From Bryobacteraceae bacterium (GTDB lineage: Bacteria > Acidobacteriota > Terriglobia > Bryobacterales > Bryobacteraceae), in assembly GCA_044226365.1 (NCBI GenBank), contig JBGAHE010000005.1:7088-71087 (forward strand): a stretch of DNA of 64,000 nucleotides, read 5' to 3'. Positions within the stretch are counted from its first letter, which is position 1. Every line of letters begins with the position of its first letter. The notes under the pieces are model-generated. The model did no database searches. It was not told where the DNA came from and saw nothing but the letters and a program-made list of their open reading frames with translations. Position numbers and translations under genes: made by a program. Positions 35,623-43,923 of this stretch are shown here, in pieces.

Positions 35623-37488
35623 TTAGGGCAGTTCGAGATCGATCTTCTTGGACGCCGCGTCGAGCAGCGTGATCTTGAATTGGCGCACCTGACCCGGCTT
35701 CGGACCGTCGTCGGTTTGCGGACCGCCGAGGCCCTGCTTCCAGCGCTGCGACAACATCGCGCTGAGCGACGAGACATCGGCCTTCGGACCGCTGCTGGCT
35801 GCCTCCGTGGAAGCCGTCTTGCGCGCACCCAACCGGCACTGCGCGAAGACACCCTCGCCGAGATCGATCTTGGCGCGACCTTCGTGAACTTCCGCCACAC
35901 GGCCGGTCACCGTGTCGCCGACCTGGTGTTCGGCGATGAAGTCGTCGGTGCGCGTGGGCATCAACTGCTTCAGGCCGAGCCGCAGGCGGCGGCGTTCTTT
36001 GTCGATTTCGAGCACCTGCGCCGTCACCACTTGACCCGTCTTGAGGGCATCCGACGGATGCTCCAGACGCTTCTCGTGCGTGATGTCGCCGACGTGGATC
36101 ATGCCTTCGACACCTTCGGTGATGTCGACGAAGGCGCCGAACTTCTGCAGCGAGGTGACTTTGCCTTCTACCGTCGAGCCCACCGGATACTTCTGGTCCA
36201 TCACGGCCCACGGATCGCCCAGCACCTGCTTCAGGCCCAGGGCAATGCGCTTCTCGCCGGGGTTCACGGCCAGGATCTGCACTTCCACCGTCTCGCCGAC
36301 CGACAGCGCATCCGAAGGCTTACGCACCTTCTTGGTCCACGACATTTCGGAGACGTGCACCATGCCGTCGATGCCGGGTTCGAGTTCGACAAAGGCGCCA
36401 AAGTCCGTCAAACGGACCACCGTGCCCTTGATGCGCTGGCCGACGGTGAACTTGTCGCCCACCTGGCTCCACGGCTCCGGCTTCAATTGTTTCAAGCCGA
36501 GGGAAATTTTCTTGCTCTCGCGGCTGATCTTGAGGATCTTCACCTCGATCACATCGCCGACACTCACTACGTCGCCCGGCTTCGCCACGCGATTCCAGCT
36601 CATGTCGCCCACGTGGAGCAGACCATCAACGCCACCCAAGTCGACGAACGCGCCGTACTCCGTCAGGCTGCGCACCGGACCACGCACGATCGCGCCTTCT
36701 GAGAGTTGCGCAAAGGCTTCGAGCTTGGCCGCGTTGGCCCGCTCTTCGAGCACACCGCGGCGGTCAACGACGATATCGTCTTTGTCCTTGTCGAGCTTCG
36801 TGATCCGGCACTCGATGTCCTGGCCGATCAAGGCGAGCATGTCCGCTTCGTTGCGCGTACCGCTGCGAGAAGCCGGCAGGAAGCCGCGCATCCCGACGTC
36901 CACCCGCAAACCGCCCTTCACCGCCTCGAGCACGCGGGCGCGCACCACGCGCTTCTCGTTGAAGGCTTCTTCGAGAGCCGTCCAATCCTTGGGCGGAGCG
37001 GCGGCCTTCAGCGTGTCCAGGAGATAGATGCCGTGTTCGTCGCGGGAAGTAATGGTGAGCGTCAGTTGCGCACCCTTCTCCACCGTCATCGCACCTGCGG
37101 CGTTCCGGAACTTCTCCACCGGCACCACACCGTCGTTCTTACGGCCCAGGTCGACAAAGACCCACTCGTCGGTAATCGAGACCACCGTACCGGTGACCTC
37201 GCCACCCTGCATCGGCGCCTGGTGCGATTGCTCGAACTCCGAGAGAATGTCGCCGAAAGAATCGTCCGGCGGCAGATCGGCAGCGTTCAAGTCAGCCGCG
37301 GCGTCGGGTACTGGAGCTACCGGTTGCGCAGGAGCGGCGGCCGGTGCAGCAGGAGCCGTGGCAGGCTCGGGCTTAGGAGGTTCACTCACGGCCACGGGCG
37401 CGGCAGGCGGGTCGTTCGGCGTCGTCGACGGGGTGGTGGGTTCCGAGGCAGGCCAAGGCATCGGATTATTGAAGTCCGTGGGATTCAT
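35623..37488 (-). CDS. rpsA: 30S ribosomal protein S1 with a Pro/Ala-rich N-terminal extension
   Basis: Six S1 (OB) repeats (GEVTGTVV, VVRARVLEAVKGGL, IVRGPVRSLTEYGAFV, IKGTVVRLTDFGAFV, VEGKVTSLQKFGAFV, VTGRVAEV), preceded by ~75 aa of low-complexity sequence. Confidence 0.92.
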   Translation of the reverse strand: MNPTDFNNPMPWPASEPTTPSTTPNDPPAAPVAVSEPPKPEPATAPAAPAAAPAQPVAPVPDAAADLNAADLPPDDSFGDILSEFEQSHQAPMQGGEVTGTVVSITDEWVFVDLGRKNDGVVPVEKFRNAAGAMTVEKGAQLTLTITSRDEHGIYLLDTLKAAAPPKDWTALEEAFNEKRVVRARVLEAVKGGLRVDVGMRGFLPASRSGTRNEADMLALIGQDIECRITKLDKDKDDIVVDRRGVLEERANAAKLEAFAQLSEGAIVRGPVRSLTEYGAFVDLGGVDGLLHVGDMSWNRVAKPGDVVSVGDVIEVKILKISRESKKISLGLKQLKPEPWSQVGDKFTVGQRIKGTVVRLTDFGAFVELEPGIDGMVHVSEMSWTKKVRKPSDALSVGETVEVQILAVNPGEKRIALGLKQVLGDPWAVMDQKYPVGSTVEGKVTSLQKFGAFVDITEGVEGMIHVGDITHEKRLEHPSDALKTGQVVTAQVLEIDKERRRLRLGLKQLMPTRTDDFIAEHQVGDTVTGRVAEVHEGRAKIDLGEGVFAQCRLGARKTASTEAASSGPKADVSSLSAMLSQRWKQGLGGPQTDDGPKPGQVRQFKITLLDAASKKIDLELP

Positions 37489-37579
37489 GCGAAAAGTTAA
37501 ATCAACTCATTCAATTCTGACACAGCTACGCATCGATGAGGAGGCACCCTAAGTGTAAAGTCAACTGCCCGCTGGGCCG

Positions 37580-38581
37580 ATGAAGCCTCTGGTACTCATG
37601 CTTCACTCCGTGACGCTCCTCCGCTGGCTCCACCGCGCTGCGACCTGGTGGCCGGTCGCCTCGCAGCGTGAACGCATGCGGCTCGCCTCCCTGAATCTTT
37701 ACATAGATTCGCAGCTGAGTGAGAACCGCACCCACGAAGCCTTCCGGGCGATCACTGTATATCTCGATTACTCACGGGAACTTGCGGACATGAGCGAACC
37801 GCGGCGGCTCGAGTTGACCCTGCGCCGCGCGGAACTCGCATCGATCCTGTGCGAGAACGGCCGCCCGGACCAGGGTCAACCCTTGCTCGACGAATCCGTG
37901 CGAGAGTTCTGCCGGTACCAGGGACAGCATGATGAGTTCTTCGGAGCCTGCCTGTTAAATCTTGGGGGAGCGCTCCTGCGAGCCGGCCGCGCGGCCGACG
38001 CGGTCCGTTATCTGTCGGATGCGAAGGAGCTCCGCAGCCGTCTGCACGGGCCCGAAAGTCAGGAGACTGGACAATGCCATACCAACCTAGGCATCGCGCA
38101 TCAGGAACTCGGCGACTGGCAGGACGCGCTCGAGGCGCTGGAACAGAGCGTCCGCATTCATGGGCAGCATAGTCAGCAAAGTGCGGACTACGCCATTGCC
38201 CTGCACAATCTGGGCGCCTTGCTGATTCGTCTCGAACGGCCCGCCGAAGCGCAGGGCCCGATCGCCCGCGCTGTCCGCCTGTTCGAAGAGCGTTCGCACC
38301 CGCTGCTCTCCACTGCTCTCGACACACTCGCCGACGCCTATTCCGCCCAGGGCCGGGCTCGCGATGCTTTCCTCGTCCGCGAGCGCGCCCTCAGCCAATT
38401 GCGCGACGATTCGTTGCACTCGGTGGCGACCGCCGACTGGCTGCAGAAACAGGCGCTGCTACTTGAGCAGATGAATCAGGGCGGCGAAGCCGCACACTAT
38501 CGCGAGTGGGCCAGCGATGTGCGCCGCAAAGTGGCGTTCCGCACCGTGGTGAGCGAAACGCTGCTGGTGTCGACGCCCTAA
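37580..38581 (+). CDS. Tetratricopeptide-repeat protein
   Basis: Repeated TPR_10/12-like units (TNLGIAHQELGDWQDALEALEQSV, HNLGALLIRLERPAEA, LDTLADAYSAQGRARDA). Start uncertain. Confidence 0.7.
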   Translation: MKPLVLMLHSVTLLRWLHRAATWWPVASQRERMRLASLNLYIDSQLSENRTHEAFRAITVYLDYSRELADMSEPRRLELTLRRAELASILCENGRPDQGQPLLDESVREFCRYQGQHDEFFGACLLNLGGALLRAGRAADAVRYLSDAKELRSRLHGPESQETGQCHTNLGIAHQELGDWQDALEALEQSVRIHGQHSQQSADYAIALHNLGALLIRLERPAEAQGPIARAVRLFEERSHPLLSTALDTLADAYSAQGRARDAFLVRERALSQLRDDSLHSVATADWLQKQALLLEQMNQGGEAAHYREWASDVRRKVAFRTVVSETLLVSTP

Positions 38582-40914
38582 GGCGTCGGCACGTCGGCCC
38601 AGAAGATTTCGGCCAGTTGCTCATCGAGCGCGAAGTAAAGCTGGTTGCCGTGCACCGCGAGCCCCACCGCCGCCACCCGGGTCCGCGTAAGGCGCAACAG
38701 ACTTCGCCGCGGCGACGCAAACCGCTGCACCACGAACGCCGGCCCTACCGGACGCGCCGTCTTGGCGTCCAGCCGCTGGCCGCTGATGACCCGCTGCCCG
38801 CCGGAATCGTTCAGGTAGAAGAGCTGGCGGGAGTCCTCGCTCCACGCCGGCAACATGGCAATCTCGGAAGTATTCGTCACCGCGATCCACTCGCTGGGGG
38901 GTGTTTCGCGATCCGCCCGCGCGATATAGATGCGACGGCCTTCCCGGCTGGTCTCGACGTAGAAGCTGATCCATTGACCATCCGGCGAATAACGCGCGCC
39001 ACGCAGACTGTGCTCGGGATGCCGCAACAGCACTTCCTGCGTCCGGCGCTGCAGATCGAAACGACCCACAAAAGCGATCGTGGCGCCCGGTTCGTAGAGC
39101 AGATAACGCCCATCGGGTGACCAGGCCGTCGGCGCCCCGCAATCGTCGCAGATCCGATCGACTTTACGTGTCGCCAACTCTACCACCTGAATCGGCACGC
39201 GCGGCTGCTCGTATTGCCGGAAGGCCAATTGGCGTGAGTCAGGCGACATCACCGGAAAGTCCTGCTGGAAGTTCGACGGTGAGATCGGATACTCCTTCTG
39301 GCTGGACAGGTCACGCAGGAAGACCTGGCGTGGCGACTGCCGATCCGCCACAAACGACAGCCAACGTCCGTCCCCGGAGGGAGCCGGAAAGCTCTCGGCG
39401 TCCGTATGCGAGGTGGCCCGCTCGGGCACGCCGCCGATCAAACGCCCGTCAGATTCTGCCACGAGCGGCATGCGCCAAATGTCAATGGAGGTGGTGCCAT
39501 TGGCGGCCACCACACGATGCACTTCGCCGGCAGTGCGCACCCGCGCCCGCAGGTCGGCATTCGAGCCGAACGAAAGGCGCTGCGGCGCCGCGTCGCCCGT
39601 GTAAATCATGGAGCGGGTGAGCATCAGTCGCCATAGCGGCACGGTGCTCGACAGCGGGTTGCCGATCGGGCTCGAGAAGTAAAGGTAGTTGCCCAACCAG
39701 TCCGCGGGCTGCTCGACATACTCGTTCGGCGGAACCTTGTTGCTCTGGGGCGTTAGATGGCGGCGCAAATTTGGAAAGACACGCGTCTTGATCGGGGCGA
39801 ATGCGCTGGTCTGATGTCGATCTTTCGGCACTTCGACGATCCACCAGTCGTGCTCCATTTCCGGCGTGTTTGAAACGCGGGTGCCGCAAAAGAGAATATG
39901 CTTGGAGTCCGAAGAGAAGATGGCGAAGTGCGCATCGGCGAAGTCGGAAACGATTTCCACCGGCGGACCACCCTCCACCGCCACAATCCCAATCCGGCCG
40001 GCCTGCCACTCTTGCTCATTCCGGAGGGTATACAGTACCCAACGGCCGTCCGGCGAATAACGAGGCCGCAAACCGCCGGCCACCAGCAGTTGAGGGGTAC
40101 CGCCGGCGATCGCACGGCGATAGATTCCCGGCGCGCGGGCATCCCGGGATTGATAAATCAGCCACCGGCCATCGGGCGAAACGTCCGGCTTCAAGGCGTC
40201 GAAACCGTCGTTGGTGAGCTGAACCGGTTCACCGCCGTCCAGCGACTGGCGCCACAGCGACATCGAGGTTCCGGAGCGCCGATCCGCGGAATAGATGACG
40301 GACTTAGCGTCGGGCATCAGCACGGGGTCCGTCGCAAAGCCGCTGTCGAGAGTCAGCCGCCGCCAAGCGAGCGCGGGGACCTCAGACGGCTTCTGGCTGG
40401 AGAAATACCAACCGCCGGCCACCACCCCGGCAATTAGCGCCACCGCCGCGAGACCACTCAGCAGCATCGTCGACCGGTTTCCCGCAGGAGGTGGCTTCGG
40501 AGGGGTGGGATCCGCGACCGGAGGCACCTCGCGGACGATAGGCTCAATCTGGACCCCGTACTGTCCCTTGGGAAGTAAGAAACGAAGGCGGGCCGACTGG
40601 CCATCTTTTGAGTAATACTGATCGAGTTTTTGTCTTAATCGATGAGCTTCCACCCGGACAATGGCATCTTCTTTCGGGTTATAGCCGAGGGGTCGATCAA
40701 AGACCTCTGTCCCGATCACCGACTCTTTCAGCTGCTCGTGGTCGCCTTGCTGAGACTTCGCCACCGCGTAGCGGATGAAGCGCTTGAGCCTTTCCGACTG
40801 TTGAAAAGTCGAAGAAGAGCAGAGTCTTTCCAGTTCCTCCTGAATCAGCTCGGGATGGGGGGATTCCGAATTTAGACCGCTCGGAAGCGTTCCCATGGCT
40901 GGAAAGCATATCAA
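38578..40914 (-). CDS. Membrane-anchored regulator-like protein: N-terminal winged-helix-like domain, one TM, periplasmic TolB/PD40-type beta-propellers
   Basis: N-terminus ERLKRFIRYAVAKS...VIGTEVFDRPLGYNPKEDAIVRVEAHRLRQKLDQYY, TM LLSGLAAVALIAGVVAGGWYF, then repeated SPDGRW/SPDGQW PD40-like motifs. Confidence 0.75.
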   Translation of the reverse strand: MICFPAMGTLPSGLNSESPHPELIQEELERLCSSSTFQQSERLKRFIRYAVAKSQQGDHEQLKESVIGTEVFDRPLGYNPKEDAIVRVEAHRLRQKLDQYYSKDGQSARLRFLLPKGQYGVQIEPIVREVPPVADPTPPKPPPAGNRSTMLLSGLAAVALIAGVVAGGWYFSSQKPSEVPALAWRRLTLDSGFATDPVLMPDAKSVIYSADRRSGTSMSLWRQSLDGGEPVQLTNDGFDALKPDVSPDGRWLIYQSRDARAPGIYRRAIAGGTPQLLVAGGLRPRYSPDGRWVLYTLRNEQEWQAGRIGIVAVEGGPPVEIVSDFADAHFAIFSSDSKHILFCGTRVSNTPEMEHDWWIVEVPKDRHQTSAFAPIKTRVFPNLRRHLTPQSNKVPPNEYVEQPADWLGNYLYFSSPIGNPLSSTVPLWRLMLTRSMIYTGDAAPQRLSFGSNADLRARVRTAGEVHRVVAANGTTSIDIWRMPLVAESDGRLIGGVPERATSHTDAESFPAPSGDGRWLSFVADRQSPRQVFLRDLSSQKEYPISPSNFQQDFPVMSPDSRQLAFRQYEQPRVPIQVVELATRKVDRICDDCGAPTAWSPDGRYLLYEPGATIAFVGRFDLQRRTQEVLLRHPEHSLRGARYSPDGQWISFYVETSREGRRIYIARADRETPPSEWIAVTNTSEIAMLPAWSEDSRQLFYLNDSGGQRVISGQRLDAKTARPVGPAFVVQRFASPRRSLLRLTRTRVAAVGLAVHGNQLYFALDEQLAEIFWADVPTP

Positions 40915-40959
40915 AATTGGGGTTACAAGTCGACGAAATGATGATAAATGCTACACATT

Positions 40960-40975
40960 CGGGTTAGCTAACCCG
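40960..40975. promoter_or_regulatory. Perfect 16-nt palindrome upstream of the regulator-like gene (candidate operator)
   Basis: CGGGTTAGCTAACCCG, 46-61 nt upstream of the start codon at 40914, in an AT-richer stretch. Function is inferred only. Confidence 0.3.
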
Positions 40976-41353
40976 GAAATAACCTACTGCTGACTTCCTC
41001 GACTCCTCAAACCTTCACGAAGATGGTTTTACGTAACCTGGTCAACCAGAGGGTTCAGTCAGGACGGCACGGTTCTTCTCTTCTCTCTTCAACGGATCGT
41101 GAAGCCGCTGTTACCCCGCCCTGGTGTCAGACTGGGTTTTGGGGCCCTTGCCGACCTCTCGCTTCCTGCAAAAACCTTGAGGCGGCAAGGCTCCAAATTC
41201 TCAAAACGGACCCAGGATTACGGACGGACCGGTAGCCTCGGAGGTAGTGACAAGACGACGTTGTCACTGAGCCGCCGGCAGACAAGAGCTCAGAAGCGGA
41301 GCATCGTGGAGGATGCTTCGCTTCCGAGAGCCATTCGTCTCCCCGCCTTGGCC

Positions 41354-42517
41354 CTACCAATCAGCGACGCTTCCATCCCGGTGAAACGCTGGCATCATCA
41401 CTTCCGGCTCCCACGGATGTTTCGCCGCCTCCGTCTCATTAATGTCGATCCCTAAACCCGGCGCAGCGGGCACCGTCACCGACCCTTGGTTCACATTGAA
41501 ACCGCCGATCACGATGTCCGCCCGCCAAGGGACGTCCGCCCGCACTACTTCCTGAATCAGGTAATTGGGGGTAGCGAAGGCCACGTGGAGCGAGCTGGCG
41601 GTGGAGACCGGGCCCTGGGGATTATGGCAGGCCATCGGAATCGAGTATGTCTCCGCCATCGCGCCGATCCGCCGCGCCTCGCTGATTCCGCCGCAGTGAG
41701 ATACGTCCGGTTGGATGATGGCGACCGCCCGCTTCTCGAGCAATTCGCGGAACTCCCAGCGACCCACCAGTCGCTCTCCAGTGGCGATCGGGAACGGCAG
41801 AGCCCGCGAAACCTCCACTAGAGCGTCGACATGCTCGGGCCAGCAGGGCTCCTCGTACCAGTAGAGGTTATAGTCCACCAGCAGACGCCCGAACTGAATG
41901 GCGACGGCCGCCGTCGAGCGGGCGTGCAAGTCGAGCATGATGTCGACGCCGTCCCCCACCGCCTGCCGCATCAACTCGACGGCGCGGGCGGCCTTCTTCA
42001 GCGTCGCGGCCGACTCGATATACTCCGCAATCGGCAGCGGCATGCATTTAAACGCCGTATATCCGCGCGCCACGCTTTCGAACGCCAGTTCCGCGAACTG
42101 CTCGGGCTCACCCGTCTTGTACATGCCTTCCAGGTTCCCGCCGCCGAGATGATCGTAAAGGCGCATCGAATCGCGCACCGGACCGCCAAGCAACTCGCAC
42201 ACCGGCTTGCCGACTTCTTTGCCCTTGATGTCCCACAGCGCCTGGTCGATGCCGCTCATCGCGGAGTAGTTCGTAATGCCGCCTCGCCAGAAGTATTGGT
42301 GATGCATGATCTGCCAGCAATGCTCCACCCGGCGCGGGTCCTGCCCGATCAGCAGCACGGCCAGATCCTCCACCGCGCCCACCACCGCCTTGGTCTTCCA
42401 TTCGAGTGTCGCCTCGCCCCAGCCGTACAAACCGGGCTGGTCCGTTTCCACCTTCACCAGCACCCAGTTGCGCATGCGCGCATGGACGATTCGGGTACGT
42501 ATGGCCGTGATCTTCAT
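41354..42517 (-). CDS. dgoD: D-galactonate dehydratase-like enolase-superfamily enzyme
   Basis: MKITAIRTRIV...RNWVLVKVETDQPGLYGWGEATLEWKTKAV, SGIDQALWDIKGKEVGKPVCELLGG. Start at MKIT (42517). The ORF-track start at 42532 is also possible. Confidence 0.85.
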   Translation of the reverse strand: MKITAIRTRIVHARMRNWVLVKVETDQPGLYGWGEATLEWKTKAVVGAVEDLAVLLIGQDPRRVEHCWQIMHHQYFWRGGITNYSAMSGIDQALWDIKGKEVGKPVCELLGGPVRDSMRLYDHLGGGNLEGMYKTGEPEQFAELAFESVARGYTAFKCMPLPIAEYIESAATLKKAARAVELMRQAVGDGVDIMLDLHARSTAAVAIQFGRLLVDYNLYWYEEPCWPEHVDALVEVSRALPFPIATGERLVGRWEFRELLEKRAVAIIQPDVSHCGGISEARRIGAMAETYSIPMACHNPQGPVSTASSLHVAFATPNYLIQEVVRADVPWRADIVIGGFNVNQGSVTVPAAPGLGIDINETEAAKHPWEPEVMMPAFHRDGSVADW

Positions 42518-42539
42518 CAACACAACATACAATGAAGAG

Positions 42540-42908
42540 GTGGAACCTCATCGTCTGGAACGCACCACGGAAGCGATCCGCGAAACATTGAGCGAAATGA
42601 TCACTCTCGAGATGGAGGACCCGCGCCTGCACGGCCTGGAAGTGGTGGAAGTGAAGGTTTCCCCCGACAAGCGTCACGCCTACGTGGCCGTACGCAGCGT
42701 CTCGGGCACGGTGGATCCCGAAACGCAGGCCGCCCTGGAGGGAGCTCGGACCTACCTCAAGCGCGAACTCGGCTCGCGTCTCGAACTGCACCGCACCCCG
42801 GAATTGCACTTTGACACCACGGCCAACTTCGGCCCGCAGAAGCGGGTGGATAGTCTGTTGAAACGGATCCGCAAGGGCCGCCCGCGCGACGAGGGGAAGT
42901 CCGCTTGA
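42540..42908 (+). CDS. rbfA: Ribosome-binding factor A
   Basis: RLERTTEAIRETLSEMITLEMEDPRL...VEVKVSPDKRHAYVAV...LHRTPELHFD. GTG at 42540 gives ~122 aa. An in-frame ATG at 42501 is the alternative. Confidence 0.85.
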   Translation: MEPHRLERTTEAIRETLSEMITLEMEDPRLHGLEVVEVKVSPDKRHAYVAVRSVSGTVDPETQAALEGARTYLKRELGSRLELHRTPELHFDTTANFGPQKRVDSLLKRIRKGRPRDEGKSA

Positions 42909-43894
42909 ATCGCCGCACCTTGCTGTCCCTTCCGCTCAGTCTGATGAATGCTCAAACGCCGAAGAAGCTCCTGAAGCCGCCTGCTTTGAAGATGGGCGAC
43001 GTCGTCGGCTTGGTAACTCCTGCCTCAAACGTCGTCAACCAAGGCGATTGGGCGCGCATCGAGCAAAGCATGAAGACCCTCGGCCTCGAATATCGCCTGG
43101 GCCGCAACGTCAAGCGCAAAGGCTATATCGCCGGCACGATCGACGAGCGGCTTACAGACTTGCACGACATGTTCCGCGATCCGGCCATCAAGGGCATCTT
43201 CGCCATCCGCGGCGGCTATGGTTCGCCACAACTCCTGGACCGGCTCGACTACGACCTCATCCGCAAGAACCCGAAGATCCTGATCGGCTACAGCGACATC
43301 ACGGCACTGCATCTGGCCCTGCACCAGAAGCTGGGCCTGGTGACGTTCCACGGTCCCACCGCGAACGCGCAGTTTCCGCCTTACTCAATGAATCATTGCC
43401 GTCAGGCCTTGTTCGAAGCCCTGCCCATCGGCAAGCTCACTAACCCGCCGTCCGGGCACTCGCTGCGGACAGTGCGTCCCGGCTCCGCCCGCGGGCGGAT
43501 CTTCACCGGCAACCTGTCGCTCATCTCGAACCTGATGGGCACGCCCTACGAGATCGATACGCGCGACAAGATCCTGCTGCTCGAAGACGTGGGAGAAGAA
43601 GCCTTCCGCATTGATCGGATGCTCACGCAGCTCAAACTGGCCGGGAAGCTCGACCATGTCGCCGGTGTGGTGTGGGGTGAATGCGAGAAGTGCAAAGCCA
43701 CGCCCGGCGTCGATGGCTCGCTCACCGAGCGTGAAGTCATTGACCGCATCCTGGGAGGCCTAGGCGTACCAGTGCTCGCCGGCCTCACCTTCGGCCACAC
43801 CGAAGACCAACTCACCCTGCCGCAGGGGGTCATGGCGACCTTGGATGCCACGGCTGGCACACTCACCATCGAAGAGTCCGCCGTCGCTAAGTAG
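42905..43894 (+). CDS. LD-carboxypeptidase (peptidase S66, LdcA-like)
   Basis: GDVVGLVTPAS, RGGYGS, nucleophile motif GYSDITALH, C-terminal FGHTEDQLTLP. The TTG start overlaps the rbfA stop. A possible short leader (MNRRTLLSLPLSL) makes the start uncertain. Confidence 0.85.
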   Translation: MNRRTLLSLPLSLMNAQTPKKLLKPPALKMGDVVGLVTPASNVVNQGDWARIEQSMKTLGLEYRLGRNVKRKGYIAGTIDERLTDLHDMFRDPAIKGIFAIRGGYGSPQLLDRLDYDLIRKNPKILIGYSDITALHLALHQKLGLVTFHGPTANAQFPPYSMNHCRQALFEALPIGKLTNPPSGHSLRTVRPGSARGRIFTGNLSLISNLMGTPYEIDTRDKILLLEDVGEEAFRIDRMLTQLKLAGKLDHVAGVVWGECEKCKATPGVDGSLTEREVIDRILGGLGVPVLAGLTFGHTEDQLTLPQGVMATLDATAGTLTIEESAVAK

Positions 43895-43923
43895 TTGCTA
43901 CTCTGAAGGGTAGTCCCTTTTCT

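Noticed and set aside
34391-37500. Series of long + strand ORFs (34391..35626, 35680..36702, 36041..37027, 36706..37500)
   Set aside because: All are antisense to the DUF885 gene and rpsA, which have strong family signatures. Arg/His/Leu-rich low-information sequences.
41023-41455. Small ORFs in the 439-bp gap (41023..41235, 41099..41455, 41127..41360)
   Set aside because: No RBS-like context, odd composition (Arg/Ser/Pro/Gly-rich), and they overlap each other. The region is treated as non-coding.
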